From: a virus | IMG/VR virus record: IMGVR_UViG_3300036832_000855 | Coordinates: 1-64,000 of that record | DNA: 64,000 nt | Strand: one strand, 5' to 3' | Part shown: one piece after another, positions 1-8,068 of the stretch | Position numbering within the stretch: position 1 is the stretch's first letter | Layout: the number at the start of each line of letters is the position of its first letter | Position numbers and translations under genes: made by a program | The notes under the pieces: model-generated | Told to the model about the DNA's origin: nothing | Seen by the model: only the letters and a program-made list of their open reading frames with translations | The model's database searches: none

Positions 1-76
1 GCGCGTAGTTCGAGATCCCGGCCTCCAGCACGTCGGCTGCGCGGCGCAGAAGCTCAGCGCTCACTTGCACAGTCAT
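1..76 (-). CDS. 5' end of a hypothetical gene running off the window
   Basis: ATG at 76, preceded by a variant CCGACCGAGGAG RBS motif (82-96) and a phage promoter motif (125-145). Confidence 0.6.
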   Translation of the reverse strand, partial: MTVQVSAELLRRAADVLEAGISNYA

Positions 77-124
77 CGGAACTCCTCTCGGTCGGGAACT
101 GGAAGGCTCTCGCCCTCCACCCAT

Positions 125-145
125 AGGATAGCACATGACGTGCGC
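125..145 (-). promoter_or_regulatory. Phage promoter motif GCGCAcgtcaTGTGC-TATCCT
   Basis: Matches the recurrent GCGCAYGAYGTGTGC-TANNNT motif seen about 17 times in intergenic DNA. Confidence 0.7.
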
Positions 146-269
146 TACCGCAAGGAGGTCCGTGTTCGCGATGGGAGTCTGCGCTTCCATGCTCCCCAGG
201 CATCTCGTACCCGGGTGATCCGGCGTGCGCGTTCTCGGCCGGAAGCTTAGACCCGGCGTCAAGCCAGCG

Positions 270-488
270 TCAGCTCTCGCCGTTCGCCCATGGCGGTGGC
301 GCCAGCTCCTCGCCGGTCGCAAGCTCGTCGCTGAAGTAGAGCTGGCGGCAGAACAGCGGGTCGACGCGCTGCGCGATCTGCAGCGTGATCGCGAAGCAGA
401 TCCGGAACCGGTCGACGTCCTTCGCATAGGCGGGGATCTGCGCCGGATCGGGCTCGAACTCGGGCGGGATGACGTACGGCTCGGTCAT
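270..488 (-). CDS. hypothetical protein
   Basis: 72-aa ORF coupled (ATGA) to the upstream gene. Confidence 0.7.
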   Translation of the reverse strand: MTEPYVIPPEFEPDPAQIPAYAKDVDRFRICFAITLQIAQRVDPLFCRQLYFSDELATGEELAPPPWANGES

Positions 489-694
489 GTCGCCATGTAC
501 GTGCGGCCCTTGCGCGAGTGCCGGGCCGGTGGGTAGTACGCGTCGGATGCGACGGCGCCGAACTGCTCCAGGCGCTTCAGCGCGCCTCGCACGCTCGTCT
601 CCGACAGGCCGGTGCTCTCGGCAATCTCCGCCGCGGTGACGGGGCCCATCTCGCGCACCTCGCCCAGCACCGCCTCGATCGTCTCCGGGTTCAT
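485..694 (-). CDS. winged-HTH DNA-binding protein
   Basis: GPVTAAEIAESTGLSETSVRGALKRLEQFGAV, a typical wHTH. Confidence 0.8.
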   Translation of the reverse strand: MNPETIEAVLGEVREMGPVTAAEIAESTGLSETSVRGALKRLEQFGAVASDAYYPPARHSRKGRTYMAT

Positions 695-1065
695 GCGGCG
701 TTCTCGTCCGGCTGGACCACCGCGCGGATCTCGCGCCCGGGGATCGTCTCCAGCGCGTACACCGGCGCGTCAGTCAGCTTCGCACAGCCGCGGCACAGCC
801 GGACTGTGGCGATCGCGCGCTCCAGCGGGTCGGTGATGCCCTGCTCGTCAAAGATGTGCTCGGCCAGCGGGACCATCTCGGCCTCAGGGACACCCGCGAG
901 CTTGTGCAGCGCAATCGCCAGCCAGGCGAGTTCGCCCTTGACCACGAACCCGCGCTTCGTCTCGGGCTTCCAGCAGCGGATGCACGGCTCGTGCAGCTCG
1001 TGGTCGGGTATGCGGCCCAGCTCACCCATCGGGTTGCGTCTGCGCCGACGTCTTGAGTTGCTCAT
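691..1065 (-). CDS. hypothetical Zn-binding protein
   Basis: CIRC...CRGC; RBS motif CGACCGAGGAG at 1071-1081. Confidence 0.7.
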   Translation of the reverse strand: MSNSRRRRRRNPMGELGRIPDHELHEPCIRCWKPETKRGFVVKGELAWLAIALHKLAGVPEAEMVPLAEHIFDEQGITDPLERAIATVRLCRGCAKLTDAPVYALETIPGREIRAVVQPDENAA

Positions 1066-1197
1066 CGGGTCTCCTCGGTCGATTGTCCAGGCGGCGGCCG
1101 CGTGAGGTCGGAGGGGTGGGAGTCCCTGCGAGGTGCATGCGCCATTGCGGGTGCTCGTTCCTCGCGTGTCGCGCGACCGCCGCTACTGGTCCCTCAC

Positions 1198-1218
1198 AGG
1201 ATAGCACGCGTCATGCGC
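1198..1218 (-). promoter_or_regulatory. Phage promoter motif GCGCATGACGCGTGC-TATCCT
   Basis: Recurrent motif with a TANNNT -10. Confidence 0.7.
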
Positions 1219-1468
1219 TTGTGCGCTTGAACCGCTCTTTCTCGGGGCAGTAGGCGAAGTGGTTCAGATGGAGCGGCACCTCTCGCGTGCGCGCCAGCTC
1301 CAGCGCGCCCTTCGACAGCACGACGGCCAGGGTCGCACCGAGCCCGCGCGGGTTGATCAGCAGCACGTTGCCCTTGTCGGAGGTCTCGGTCTCGATCGGG
1401 CTGGGCGCGCCGCCGGTCGAGAGCGCCCACGTCAGCGGGCAGCCGCAGGCGCTGCAGGCGTCAGTCAT
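1211..1468 (-). CDS. hypothetical Zn-finger protein
   Basis: CSACG at the N-terminus and HFAYCP at the C-terminus; common phage small protein. Confidence 0.7.
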   Translation of the reverse strand: MTDACSACGCPLTWALSTGGAPSPIETETSDKGNVLLINPRGLGATLAVVLSKGALELARTREVPLHLNHFAYCPEKERFKRTSA

Positions 1469-1664
1469 AGAGCATCTCGCGGAGCTTCGTCCGCCAGACC
1501 TCTGCGGCTCGACGCTCGGCGATGTATAGCTCCAGGTCGCTGACGATCGGCTCGACGTTGAGCACGCCCTTGACCATCCGGAGCGCGTTGATGACGTGCT
1601 CGGCGTCGTCCTCGCGAATGTCGTCCTTCAGCACGACGACGTATCCGGCGTGGCGGTCGGTCAT
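1461..1664 (-). CDS. hypothetical protein (MTDRHAGYVV...)
   Basis: Start re-called at ATG 1664, overlapping the upstream stop. Confidence 0.65.
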   Translation of the reverse strand: MTDRHAGYVVVLKDDIREDDAEHVINALRMVKGVLNVEPIVSDLELYIAERRAAEVWRTKLREMLYD

Positions 1665-1834
1665 GGCTCGTCCTCGGGCGGGTCGATGCGGTCCAGCTCG
1701 GCGCGCCATTCGCGGGTGGCTCCGTCCTGCGAGTCCATCGCTTCGAGCCACTCGACGGTCTCGCGGAACTCGGTCAGCGGCATCGTCAGCGTGACCATTC
1801 GCGGCCGCCCGCGGTAGTCGATCGACGCTCTCAT
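1661..1834 (-). CDS. hypothetical protein (MRASIDYRG...)
   Basis: Coupled start at 1834. Confidence 0.55.
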   Translation of the reverse strand: MRASIDYRGRPRMVTLTMPLTEFRETVEWLEAMDSQDGATREWRAELDRIDPPEDEP

Positions 1835-2169
1835 CAGAACGGGATCTCCCCGTGCTGCTCGTCGACCACCTCGCCGTGCTTGTCGAACACGACCACGTCG
1901 TACCTCGGCAGGGCGCCCGCCATCAGCTCCCGGCAGCGGTCGCACACGCGCTCCTCGGTGTGCGGTGTGACGAAGCGGCCTCGGGCGTCGCGGCGGACCT
2001 CGACGTACTGCGGCTCCATCCAGATCATCGCGGTCTCGCCCTTCGGGTCGCGCTCCTGCGTGCGTGTGAATCCGGCGCCGCACCGGCATCGGGCGATCGT
2101 CGTGTAGTAGTGGCAGCCGTCCAGGTGAGCGGTCGCCCTCCACGCGTGCTTGTGCTGGGTTGCGGTCAT
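1834..2169 (-). CDS. hypothetical Cys-rich protein
   Basis: CRC and CDRC motifs; coupled operon. Confidence 0.65.
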   Translation of the reverse strand: MTATQHKHAWRATAHLDGCHYYTTIARCRCGAGFTRTQERDPKGETAMIWMEPQYVEVRRDARGRFVTPHTEERVCDRCRELMAGALPRYDVVVFDKHGEVVDEQHGEIPF

Positions 2170-2519
2170 GCGGGCTGGCGTGCCGGTATGCCGAAGTCCT
2201 TGAGCACAGCCTCGATGCCCTCGGTGACACGTTCGCTCGGGAAGACATAGTCGGGGTGGTCCTGCATGAACGGCAGCGTTGCGGCACCGGCCGCCTGGTA
2301 GATCACCTCGTGCAGCTTCTCGATGAAGTCGCGCTGCTGCTCGTGGCGGACGCCCGCGTCGTACCCGGCCATGATCGCGTTCGCGAACCAGCCGATCATC
2401 TGGCCCTCGTCGACGGGAAGCTGCGCGCCGGGGCCTTCCTGCTCGGTGAGCATCGTCATGAACTCGTGCGCCCAGACGGCGGCGTCGGTTTCGCCGATCA
2501 GGTGGTTGCGGTCACTCAT
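2166..2519 (-). CDS. hypothetical protein
   Basis: DAAVWAHEF...MIGWFANAIMAGYD; coupled operon. Confidence 0.7.
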   Translation of the reverse strand: MSDRNHLIGETDAAVWAHEFMTMLTEQEGPGAQLPVDEGQMIGWFANAIMAGYDAGVRHEQQRDFIEKLHEVIYQAAGAATLPFMQDHPDYVFPSERVTEGIEAVLKDFGIPARQPA

Positions 2520-2808
2520 CGGGCTCGTCTCCCAGTAGGCCGCGGATGGCTTCCTGGCCTTCGGGCGATGCGGCCCACGCGTCGGACTCTTCCTTGGTGG
2601 CGTCGAACTCGCCGTCGATGACGCGTTGCGCGATCGCCTTCGCGGTCATGCCGCCGGTCTTGCGCAGCTCGTTGACCAGCTCGTGCTCGGGCAGCGCGTG
2701 CGGTGACTTGAAGTCGTGGAACTCGTCGGCTCGGGCGCGGGCGGCCAGGTCGTGCAGGTGCGCTTCGTCGAGCACGCGCGCGAGGTTCTCGCTGCTCGGC
2801 TCGGTCAT
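2512..2808 (-). CDS. hypothetical protein (MTEPSSENL...)
   Basis: Start re-called at 2808; natural amino-acid composition. Confidence 0.7.
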   Translation of the reverse strand: MTEPSSENLARVLDEAHLHDLAARARADEFHDFKSPHALPEHELVNELRKTGGMTAKAIAQRVIDGEFDATKEESDAWAASPEGQEAIRGLLGDEPDE

Positions 2809-2987
2809 CGGGCGGCTCCGAAGTAGCGGATGGCGCTCACCCGGAGATCCTCCACGAGCGCGCTCACCTGCTCGGGCGATGTCAGCTCCGGGCCCATCGA
2901 GTCGGACACGCCGTTCTCGGCGCGCCAGATGGTCATCACGTTCCGGTCCACATCGAACGTGATGGTCCAGGGCTGGTCGGCGCTCAT
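2805..2987 (-). CDS. hypothetical protein (MSADQPW...)
   Basis: Coupled start at 2987. Confidence 0.6.
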   Translation of the reverse strand: MSADQPWTITFDVDRNVMTIWRAENGVSDSMGPELTSPEQVSALVEDLRVSAIRYFGAAR

Positions 2988-3268
2988 CGGAACGGATCCT
3001 CCATCGGCATCGCCTCGTCCAGCCGCCCTGACGGCATGGCCATGCCCTGCTCCTGCATCGAGAGCCGGTCGAACGTCGCGGCTTTGCACGGCCGGGTCTG
3101 GAAGCCGGTGATCTCGTGCTTGCCGTAGCCACCGGCGCCGAGCTGCCCGTGCGGGCCGAGGATCTTCGTCAGCTTCGTGTCGATCGCGTCGAGGATCTGT
3201 CCGGCGTCGGTGTAGGTCTCGACGTCGAACACGACGCCGACGTTGACGACTACGCGCATCTTGCTCAT
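2984..3268 (-). CDS. hypothetical protein
   Basis: 94-aa ORF in a coupled operon. Confidence 0.65.
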   Translation of the reverse strand: MSKMRVVVNVGVVFDVETYTDAGQILDAIDTKLTKILGPHGQLGAGGYGKHEITGFQTRPCKAATFDRLSMQEQGMAMPSGRLDEAMPMEDPFR

Positions 3269-3501
3269 GAGTGGTTCCTCGATCCGGTCGGGTCTCGTTG
3301 GGCGATGCTCTCACGGCGGGCATCCTGCGCGCGGACGAGGTCCATGTACTCGGCCGGGTCGTACCCCTGAATCAACGCGTTGCGGTTGCGGAAGTGTTCG
3401 CGGCGTTCGGCCGGGTCGGTGGGTGCGCTCGGGTAGCTGGTGCCTGCCTTAGGGCGAGTCGGCGGTTCGGTCTGCTTCGGCTTGGTCGGCTTGCGGGGCA
3501 C
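3265..3501 (-). CDS. hypothetical protein
   Basis: GAGGAG RBS upstream of GTG. Confidence 0.55.
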   Translation of the reverse strand: MPRKPTKPKQTEPPTRPKAGTSYPSAPTDPAERREHFRNRNALIQGYDPAEYMDLVRAQDARRESIAQRDPTGSRNHS

Positions 3502-3628
3502 GGTCCTCCTCAGTCAGGTAATAGGCGGCGACGGGGATGAGCATCAGGCCGATCGTGAGCGGGTCGATGCTGCCGGTGAACAGGATGCTCGCGGCGATGA
3601 GTGCGAGCACGATCAGCATGTGCTCGGA

Positions 3629-3883
3629 TCATGGCGGGCTGGGACGATTGGGCGGTAGGCCCCGGTGGTCACGCGTCACGGACACAGGGCCGGGGCCTGC
3701 GCTCTCGATGTGGGTGATTGCTGAGGTGAGCGGCGCGGCGTTCTTGCGGGCCTGCCATTCGGTGACGCGCGGCAGCTTGCGGCGTCGCAGCTCATCGCTG
3801 ACGGCGTGCGCGATGCGGCGGGTGAGCGTGACGGCGCCGACGATCAGGGCGAGGAGGATGAGGCTGGCTAGCGCTTCGCCCAT
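3629..3883 (-). CDS. small membrane protein
   Basis: N-terminal hydrophobic helix MGEALASLILLALIVGAVTL. Confidence 0.6.
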   Translation of the reverse strand: MGEALASLILLALIVGAVTLTRRIAHAVSDELRRRKLPRVTEWQARKNAAPLTSAITHIESAGPGPVSVTRDHRGLPPNRPSPP

Positions 3884-4188
3884 TTGCCTTCCTGGACTTC
3901 CTGTTCGTACGCGCGCGCGCGCGCCGGTGGCCGCCAGGTGTCTCGCCAGTGGCGCCGCCAGCCGCAGTGTCGGCAGCGTCCCTGCCGGATGAGTGTGCGC
4001 TCGCATTTGGGGCACAGCTCGACGGGTTGCTCGGGGAGGTCTCGGTTGGCGAGCGGGACGGCGAGGTATTCGGCGAGCGCCTGTTCGACGATGGCGGTGA
4101 GGGTGCGGTCTTCCTTCTCGGCGTATTTGACGAGCCGGTCGTACAGGCCGGGGTGGAGATGCCAGTGGGCGGGGCGCTTCTGTCTCAC
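3868..4188 (-). CDS. ribbon-helix-helix DNA-binding protein with C-terminal Zn ribbon
   Basis: HLHPGLYDRLVKYAEKEDRTLTAIVEQALAEYL (RHH-like) plus CPKC...CRHC. Confidence 0.7.
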   Translation of the reverse strand: MRQKRPAHWHLHPGLYDRLVKYAEKEDRTLTAIVEQALAEYLAVPLANRDLPEQPVELCPKCERTLIRQGRCRHCGWRRHWRDTWRPPARARAYEQEVQEGKWAKR

Positions 4189-4373
4189 TGCGTCAGGCGG
4201 AGGATCTCGTCGATCCGGTCCTGGAGGGCGCGGAGCACGTGGACGCTGCGCGCGTTGATGTGGCCGTAGTCGCCGTTCGAGGCGATCTCGGGCAGTTCGG
4301 CTCGGAGCTGGCGGAGGTTCAGGTCGTCGGGGTTGGGGCGGATCTCGGTGATCGTTGGTCGGATCGTTGGCAT
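4185..4373 (-). CDS. hypothetical protein (MPTIRPT...)
   Basis: Exact CCGACCGAGGAG at 4380-4391, 6 nt before ATG. Confidence 0.7.
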   Translation of the reverse strand: MPTIRPTITEIRPNPDDLNLRQLRAELPEIASNGDYGHINARSVHVLRALQDRIDEILRLTQ

Positions 4374-4404
4374 GGCGTTCTCCTCGGTCGGTAGGGTTTG
4401 CGCG

Positions 4405-4497
4405 GTCGCGCGGGATGACACTCGTTCTTAGACCTTCGGGGCCGACCCAGGCCAGCCGGGTGAAGCTCTCTTCGGGGTGCGCTGGCGCCCGCGCGAC
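4405..4497. ncRNA. candidate structured RNA element (leader)
   Basis: 10-bp terminal inverted repeat GTCGCGCGGG/CCCGCGCGAC enclosing a GCCAGC/GCTGGC stem and cTTCGg loops. Confidence 0.35.
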
Positions 4498-4500
4498 GCC

Positions 4501-4917
4501 TCATGGCACCTGCTCGCGGAGTGAGCGGCCCAGTTCGAGCGGGTGGACGTTGTAGCCCTCGCGGACGGCGTGGCGGAGCGCGTCCAGCTCGGATCCGAAG
4601 ACGATGGCGTCGAAGCCGCCGGGCTGGTCGACGCCGCGGTAGGCGATCCACAGGCTGGTGTACAGCCCGGCGTCGGGGTGACGCTCGATCGCGCCGGGCC
4701 GGTCCGTTATACCCGGGTGTAACGGCGGCGGTGCCTCTTCGTCGTCGGGCCCGTCCAGGTCAATGGTGTGCTCTTCGATCTCCACGTCACGCGGGTCGAT
4801 CGGGTCCTCACCTTCGGCGAGTCGCGGCAGTCCGATCTCGATTGCGTGCGCGCAGTCCCCGGCGTGACGTCCGAGCGCATCCTCGACGCCGCATTCGGGG
4901 CACGGTCCGACGGTCAT
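4501..4917 (-). CDS. hypothetical protein
   Basis: CPEC N-terminus; coupled start. Confidence 0.65.
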   Translation of the reverse strand: MTVGPCPECGVEDALGRHAGDCAHAIEIGLPRLAEGEDPIDPRDVEIEEHTIDLDGPDDEEAPPPLHPGITDRPGAIERHPDAGLYTSLWIAYRGVDQPGGFDAIVFGSELDALRHAVREGYNVHPLELGRSLREQVP

Positions 4918-5111
4918 CAGGCCTTCTCCCACAGCGCCATGATCGCGGTCTCGGTGCGGGCGATCAGCCGGTCTCCGCCGGGTGGCAGGTTCGCGATGAG
5001 CATGTCGCGCTGGAGCTGCATCAGCCGCCGGTTCTTCTCCTCAGCGGTCTCGGGGATCCGCAGGGCCTCCTCCAGGAACGCCTCCCACTCGGCCACGGTT
5101 TCCTCGGTCAT
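4917..5111 (-). CDS. hypothetical protein (MTEETVAEW...)
   Basis: Coupled start at 5111. Confidence 0.6.
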   Translation of the reverse strand: MTEETVAEWEAFLEEALRIPETAEEKNRRLMQLQRDMLIANLPPGGDRLIARTETAIMALWEKA

Positions 5112-5410
5112 CCCTCGCCTGGTGGTTCGGCCATCGGGACGAAGTCGAGCCGCATGCCGTTGGCTTCGGCGAGCGCGGTGATGTGGCCGAGCAGGTTCAC
5201 GAACACCTCGGCGCCCTCGTCCTTGCTGTAGCCGCCGTGGGCGATCATGCCCCGGTCGGTGGCATCGTCGTCGAGCATGAGGATCGCCCTGTCGTCCTCG
5301 CAGTGCTCGGGGTGCTCCTCGCCCGCCTTGAGCATCGCGGCGGCGATCCTGCCGAGCCGGTCGACGGGTTCGCCCTCGACCTTCCCGGTCATCTTCGACA
5401 GGCGTGCCAT
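5108..5410 (-). CDS. hypothetical protein, probably leaderless
   Basis: TACGAT -10 lies 7 nt upstream of ATG 5410. Confidence 0.65.
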   Translation of the reverse strand: MARLSKMTGKVEGEPVDRLGRIAAAMLKAGEEHPEHCEDDRAILMLDDDATDRGMIAHGGYSKDEGAEVFVNLLGHITALAEANGMRLDFVPMAEPPGEG

Positions 5411-5443
5411 GGCGCGCATCGTACGCCATCGGTCGATCCGGCT

Positions 5444-5630
5444 GGACAGCGTACTGTCGCACCTTGCGAGCTTTTCGTTAGCTCACGGTGCGCGCCTGCA
5501 GCAAATCGGCAGCGTGCTGCCGATTTGCCCGGCGGGCCGGTGCCCCGACACCGGCTCGCCTTCGACATAGCCGAAAGGCTTTTGATTAGGTCAGTTGTGG
5601 ACCGGCCACGTTCCGAGGACGTGCGTCCAG
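5444..5630. ncRNA. candidate multi-hairpin structured RNA between the holin and accessory genes
   Basis: At least 6 adjacent stem-loops, including a perfect 13-bp GCAAATCGGCAGC/GCTGCCGATTTGC repeat and AGCC-GAAA-GGCT. Confidence 0.45.
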
Positions 5631-5646
5631 GGCAACGGCATCAGCT

Positions 5647-5982
5647 TCACGGCTCATCGCCGTAGACCGGCTGGTCGTCGGGCGCCGGGTCGGGCGTCGG
5701 CAGCGGCGTCGGTGGCGGCAGCGGCGTCACGGTCGGCGCCGGTGCCCGCTGCGCCTCGGCGACCTTGCCGCCGTAGCTGTCGATCCCCCGGCCGATCCCG
5801 GAGCCGAGGCCGAGCGCACCGGCCATGAACGTGATGTCCTGGATGTACTGGTGGAAGCTGAGCGACTGCGGGTTGGTGATCGTGACGACACCGCCGACGA
5901 TGATCGCGACGGTGGCCGCGACGATCGTCAGGATCGTGATCACCGGCTTGTCGGAGGCGATCTGGGAGAGGTCGATCTTCAT
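5647..5982 (-). CDS. putative holin
   Basis: Two hydrophobic segments; directly downstream of the lysozyme. Confidence 0.6.
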   Translation of the reverse strand: MKIDLSQIASDKPVITILTIVAATVAIIVGGVVTITNPQSLSFHQYIQDITFMAGALGLGSGIGRGIDSYGGKVAEAQRAPAPTVTPLPPPTPLPTPDPAPDDQPVYGDEP

Positions 5983-5992
5983 CTGCCGTCCT

Positions 5993-6526
5993 TCATCCGG
6001 GGAATGGTGCGGGCGCGGTCTGCGGGAACAGCCAGCTCATGCCGGTGTGCTCGCCAGCCTCTGTCGCCGCCGGTGGTACCGGTACTACTGGCGGCCCGAC
6101 CGGCGTCAGGAACAGCTTCCGTTCGGCCTGGCGACGTCGGGTCAGCCCAGCGAGCGTACGGCCGCCCGCCTTGTCCCACTTCAGCAGCTCGTTCGCCGCC
6201 CGGTTCCAGTCCTTCGCTCGCAGCGCCCGGCCGACGCCGGTGTCACCGATCCCGCCGGTGCCGACGTTGTAGACGAACGACGTGATCGCGTCGAACTGGT
6301 TCTGGTTCAGCCCTGGGATCTTGTTCACCGCGGCGCCGTAGGTCTGGTCGACCTCGCGGCGGAGCCGGTCGGACGCCTGCTGCTCGGTCATGCGTGGCGT
6401 GTTCGGGCCGACGCCCTTGGTCGAGCCGTAGCCGATCGTCCACACGCCGACCGGGTCACGGTACGGCGCTGACCGGAACCCCTCGTACTCCTTGATCAGG
6501 TCGAGACCCTTCTGTCCGAGGTTCAT
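5993..6526 (-). CDS. endolysin, GH24 phage lysozyme
   Basis: GLDLIKEYEGFRSAPYRDPVGVWTIGYG (E-x8-D-x5-T) ... QFDAITSFVYNVG ... GLTRRRQAE. Confidence 0.95.
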   Translation of the reverse strand: MNLGQKGLDLIKEYEGFRSAPYRDPVGVWTIGYGSTKGVGPNTPRMTEQQASDRLRREVDQTYGAAVNKIPGLNQNQFDAITSFVYNVGTGGIGDTGVGRALRAKDWNRAANELLKWDKAGGRTLAGLTRRRQAERKLFLTPVGPPVVPVPPAATEAGEHTGMSWLFPQTAPAPFPG

Positions 6527-6705
6527 CGCTCATCTCCTTCAGCGCAGACGATCTTGACCTCGGCCATCTCGTCGGCGACGTAGGTCGGATGCGCCTCGCC
6601 GGTCTTGATCGCAACGACGATCCAGCCGATCAGGTCGCACAGGTGCTCGATCGAGCCGGTAATGACGACTCCTCCGTTCGGTCGGACCTCGAAGGTCAGC
6701 AGCAT
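6523..6705 (-). CDS. hypothetical protein
   Basis: 60-aa ORF inside the lysis cluster. Confidence 0.5.
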   Translation of the reverse strand: MLLTFEVRPNGGVVITGSIEHLCDLIGWIVVAIKTGEAHPTYVADEMAEVKIVCAEGDER

Positions 6706-6708
6706 CGC

Positions 6709-7457
6709 TCATGCCGGAACGAACTTGTCCGCCCAGCCGCCGTTCGGTCCCTTCTGGTGACAGCGGTACGTGCGGTCGCCTGCCGTCCGGCCGAACACCT
6801 CCAGGTGCCCGTCGGGGTGCCGGGCGAACTGGAGCGAGACGAACGGATCGTTGGTGCCCTTGTTCCACTTCTGCCAGGCGGACCACTTGCCGTCATGGCC
6901 CATGTACTGGAAGAACACGTTGCCTGCGTGGTCCAACGAGGCCAATTGCACCCTTCCATCGGCGTTGTATCCGATTGCGAGTCTCACGTCGTCTTCCTCC
7001 TCGGTCCGTCCGGCCGGTTTGGGTTGGGGTTTGGGCGCCGCTCCCGCACCCGTCGGTCCAGGGTCAGGCCCGCGCCACGAGCCCTCGCGCCATTTGATGT
7101 GCCACCACTCGCTTGGAGCGTCACTGGTGCGCTTGCTCCAGCCGTACTTGTCGCCGCACCGGTCGAGCATCGACCGCATCTGCTGCGAGGCGAGGTCGAC
7201 GGCCAGGCCCCATCCGTGGTTGGAGAGCTGCCCGGATGGGCAGCTAGATTCCCCCTTCCCGAGCGGTAAAGATTCCACAGTTCTTGTTGTTGCGCGTACG
7301 TCCGGTAGCTCGACTTCGAGCCGGTCGGGCGCAGCTCCACGCCGTTCGCGCGGCACTCGACGTTCATCGCGTTCCACGCCGCCGCGGCGTCGTTGCGGAG
7401 CTGGCCGTTCTTGATCGGTGCCAGCTCTTGCGGTGTCAGCCTCCCGTTCGCGCTCAC
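6709..7457 (-). pseudogene. M15 (VanY-like) peptidase endolysin with a C-terminal beta-repeat domain, frameshifted near 7225
   Basis: ORF 6984-7457 has SSYRTYAQQ...AAHPGS; ORF 6709-7377 continues SNHGWGLAVDL...SEWWHI; an extra CT in AGCTCTCCAAC splits the SxHxxGxAxD motif. Confidence 0.85.
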
Positions 7458-7536
7458 GCTGAGAAGCCTACGCGCGGCCCCTGACGGCCAGGGATTCGGA
7501 CTTGGCGTCCCAGTGGGGCCTCGGCCCCGGATCGCC

Positions 7537-7842
7537 TCAGGCGGCTTCTCCGGGCGTCTCAGGGGCGTTCCTGAAGACTCGCCGGGCGCGCTCCAAGCTC
7601 TCGGCGCCGGTCCAGACGGTCACGTCGTACTCGGTCTCCTCGTACATGCGGCACTCCCCGTGCTCGGTCAGCGCCACGAGCCGGTCCTTGCCGTCGCGGT
7701 CCTTCAGGTCGAGCGGGTCTAGGCAGCGCGGCCAGCCGGTCGCGTCGCGCTCGTGGTGCATGTCGAACGCCTCCAGCGAGTGGAAGTGGCGCCCGCAGGT
7801 GCCGCAGTGGCTGGTGCAGCAGATCGTCTTCGTGGTAGACAC
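7537..7842 (-). CDS. phage FDxHR-type Zn-binding protein
   Basis: HCGTCGRHFHSLEAFDMHH ... C. Confidence 0.75.
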   Translation of the reverse strand: MSTTKTICCTSHCGTCGRHFHSLEAFDMHHERDATGWPRCLDPLDLKDRDGKDRLVALTEHGECRMYEETEYDVTVWTGAESLERARRVFRNAPETPGEAA

Positions 7843-7861
7843 GAGACGTGAGGCTAGCGCG

Positions 7862-8041
7862 TTAGGCGCCGGGCGGGTCGGGCTCGTTGCTGAGCAGGTA
7901 GGTGCCGACCCGGGTCGACAGCCGCATCTTGTCGTCCGGGTCCAGCTCGGAGTCCGCCTGGATCTCCTTGCGGATGGCCTTCAGCCCGTCCGGATCGGAG
8001 AAGGTGCGTTCGATCTTCTTGACGTATGCGTTCGCGTCCAT
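7862..8041 (-). CDS. hypothetical protein, leaderless
   Basis: Promoter motif ...TGTGC-TAGGAT 7 nt upstream of ATG 8041. Confidence 0.65.
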   Translation of the reverse strand: MDANAYVKKIERTFSDPDGLKAIRKEIQADSELDPDDKMRLSTRVGTYLLSNEPDPPGA

Positions 8042-8068
8042 ACCCTCTATCCTAGCACAGATCATGTG

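Noticed and set aside
5444-5630. tRNA or tmRNA identity for the hairpin cluster
   Set aside because: No cloverleaf with T-loop and acceptor stem/CCA could be built by eye.
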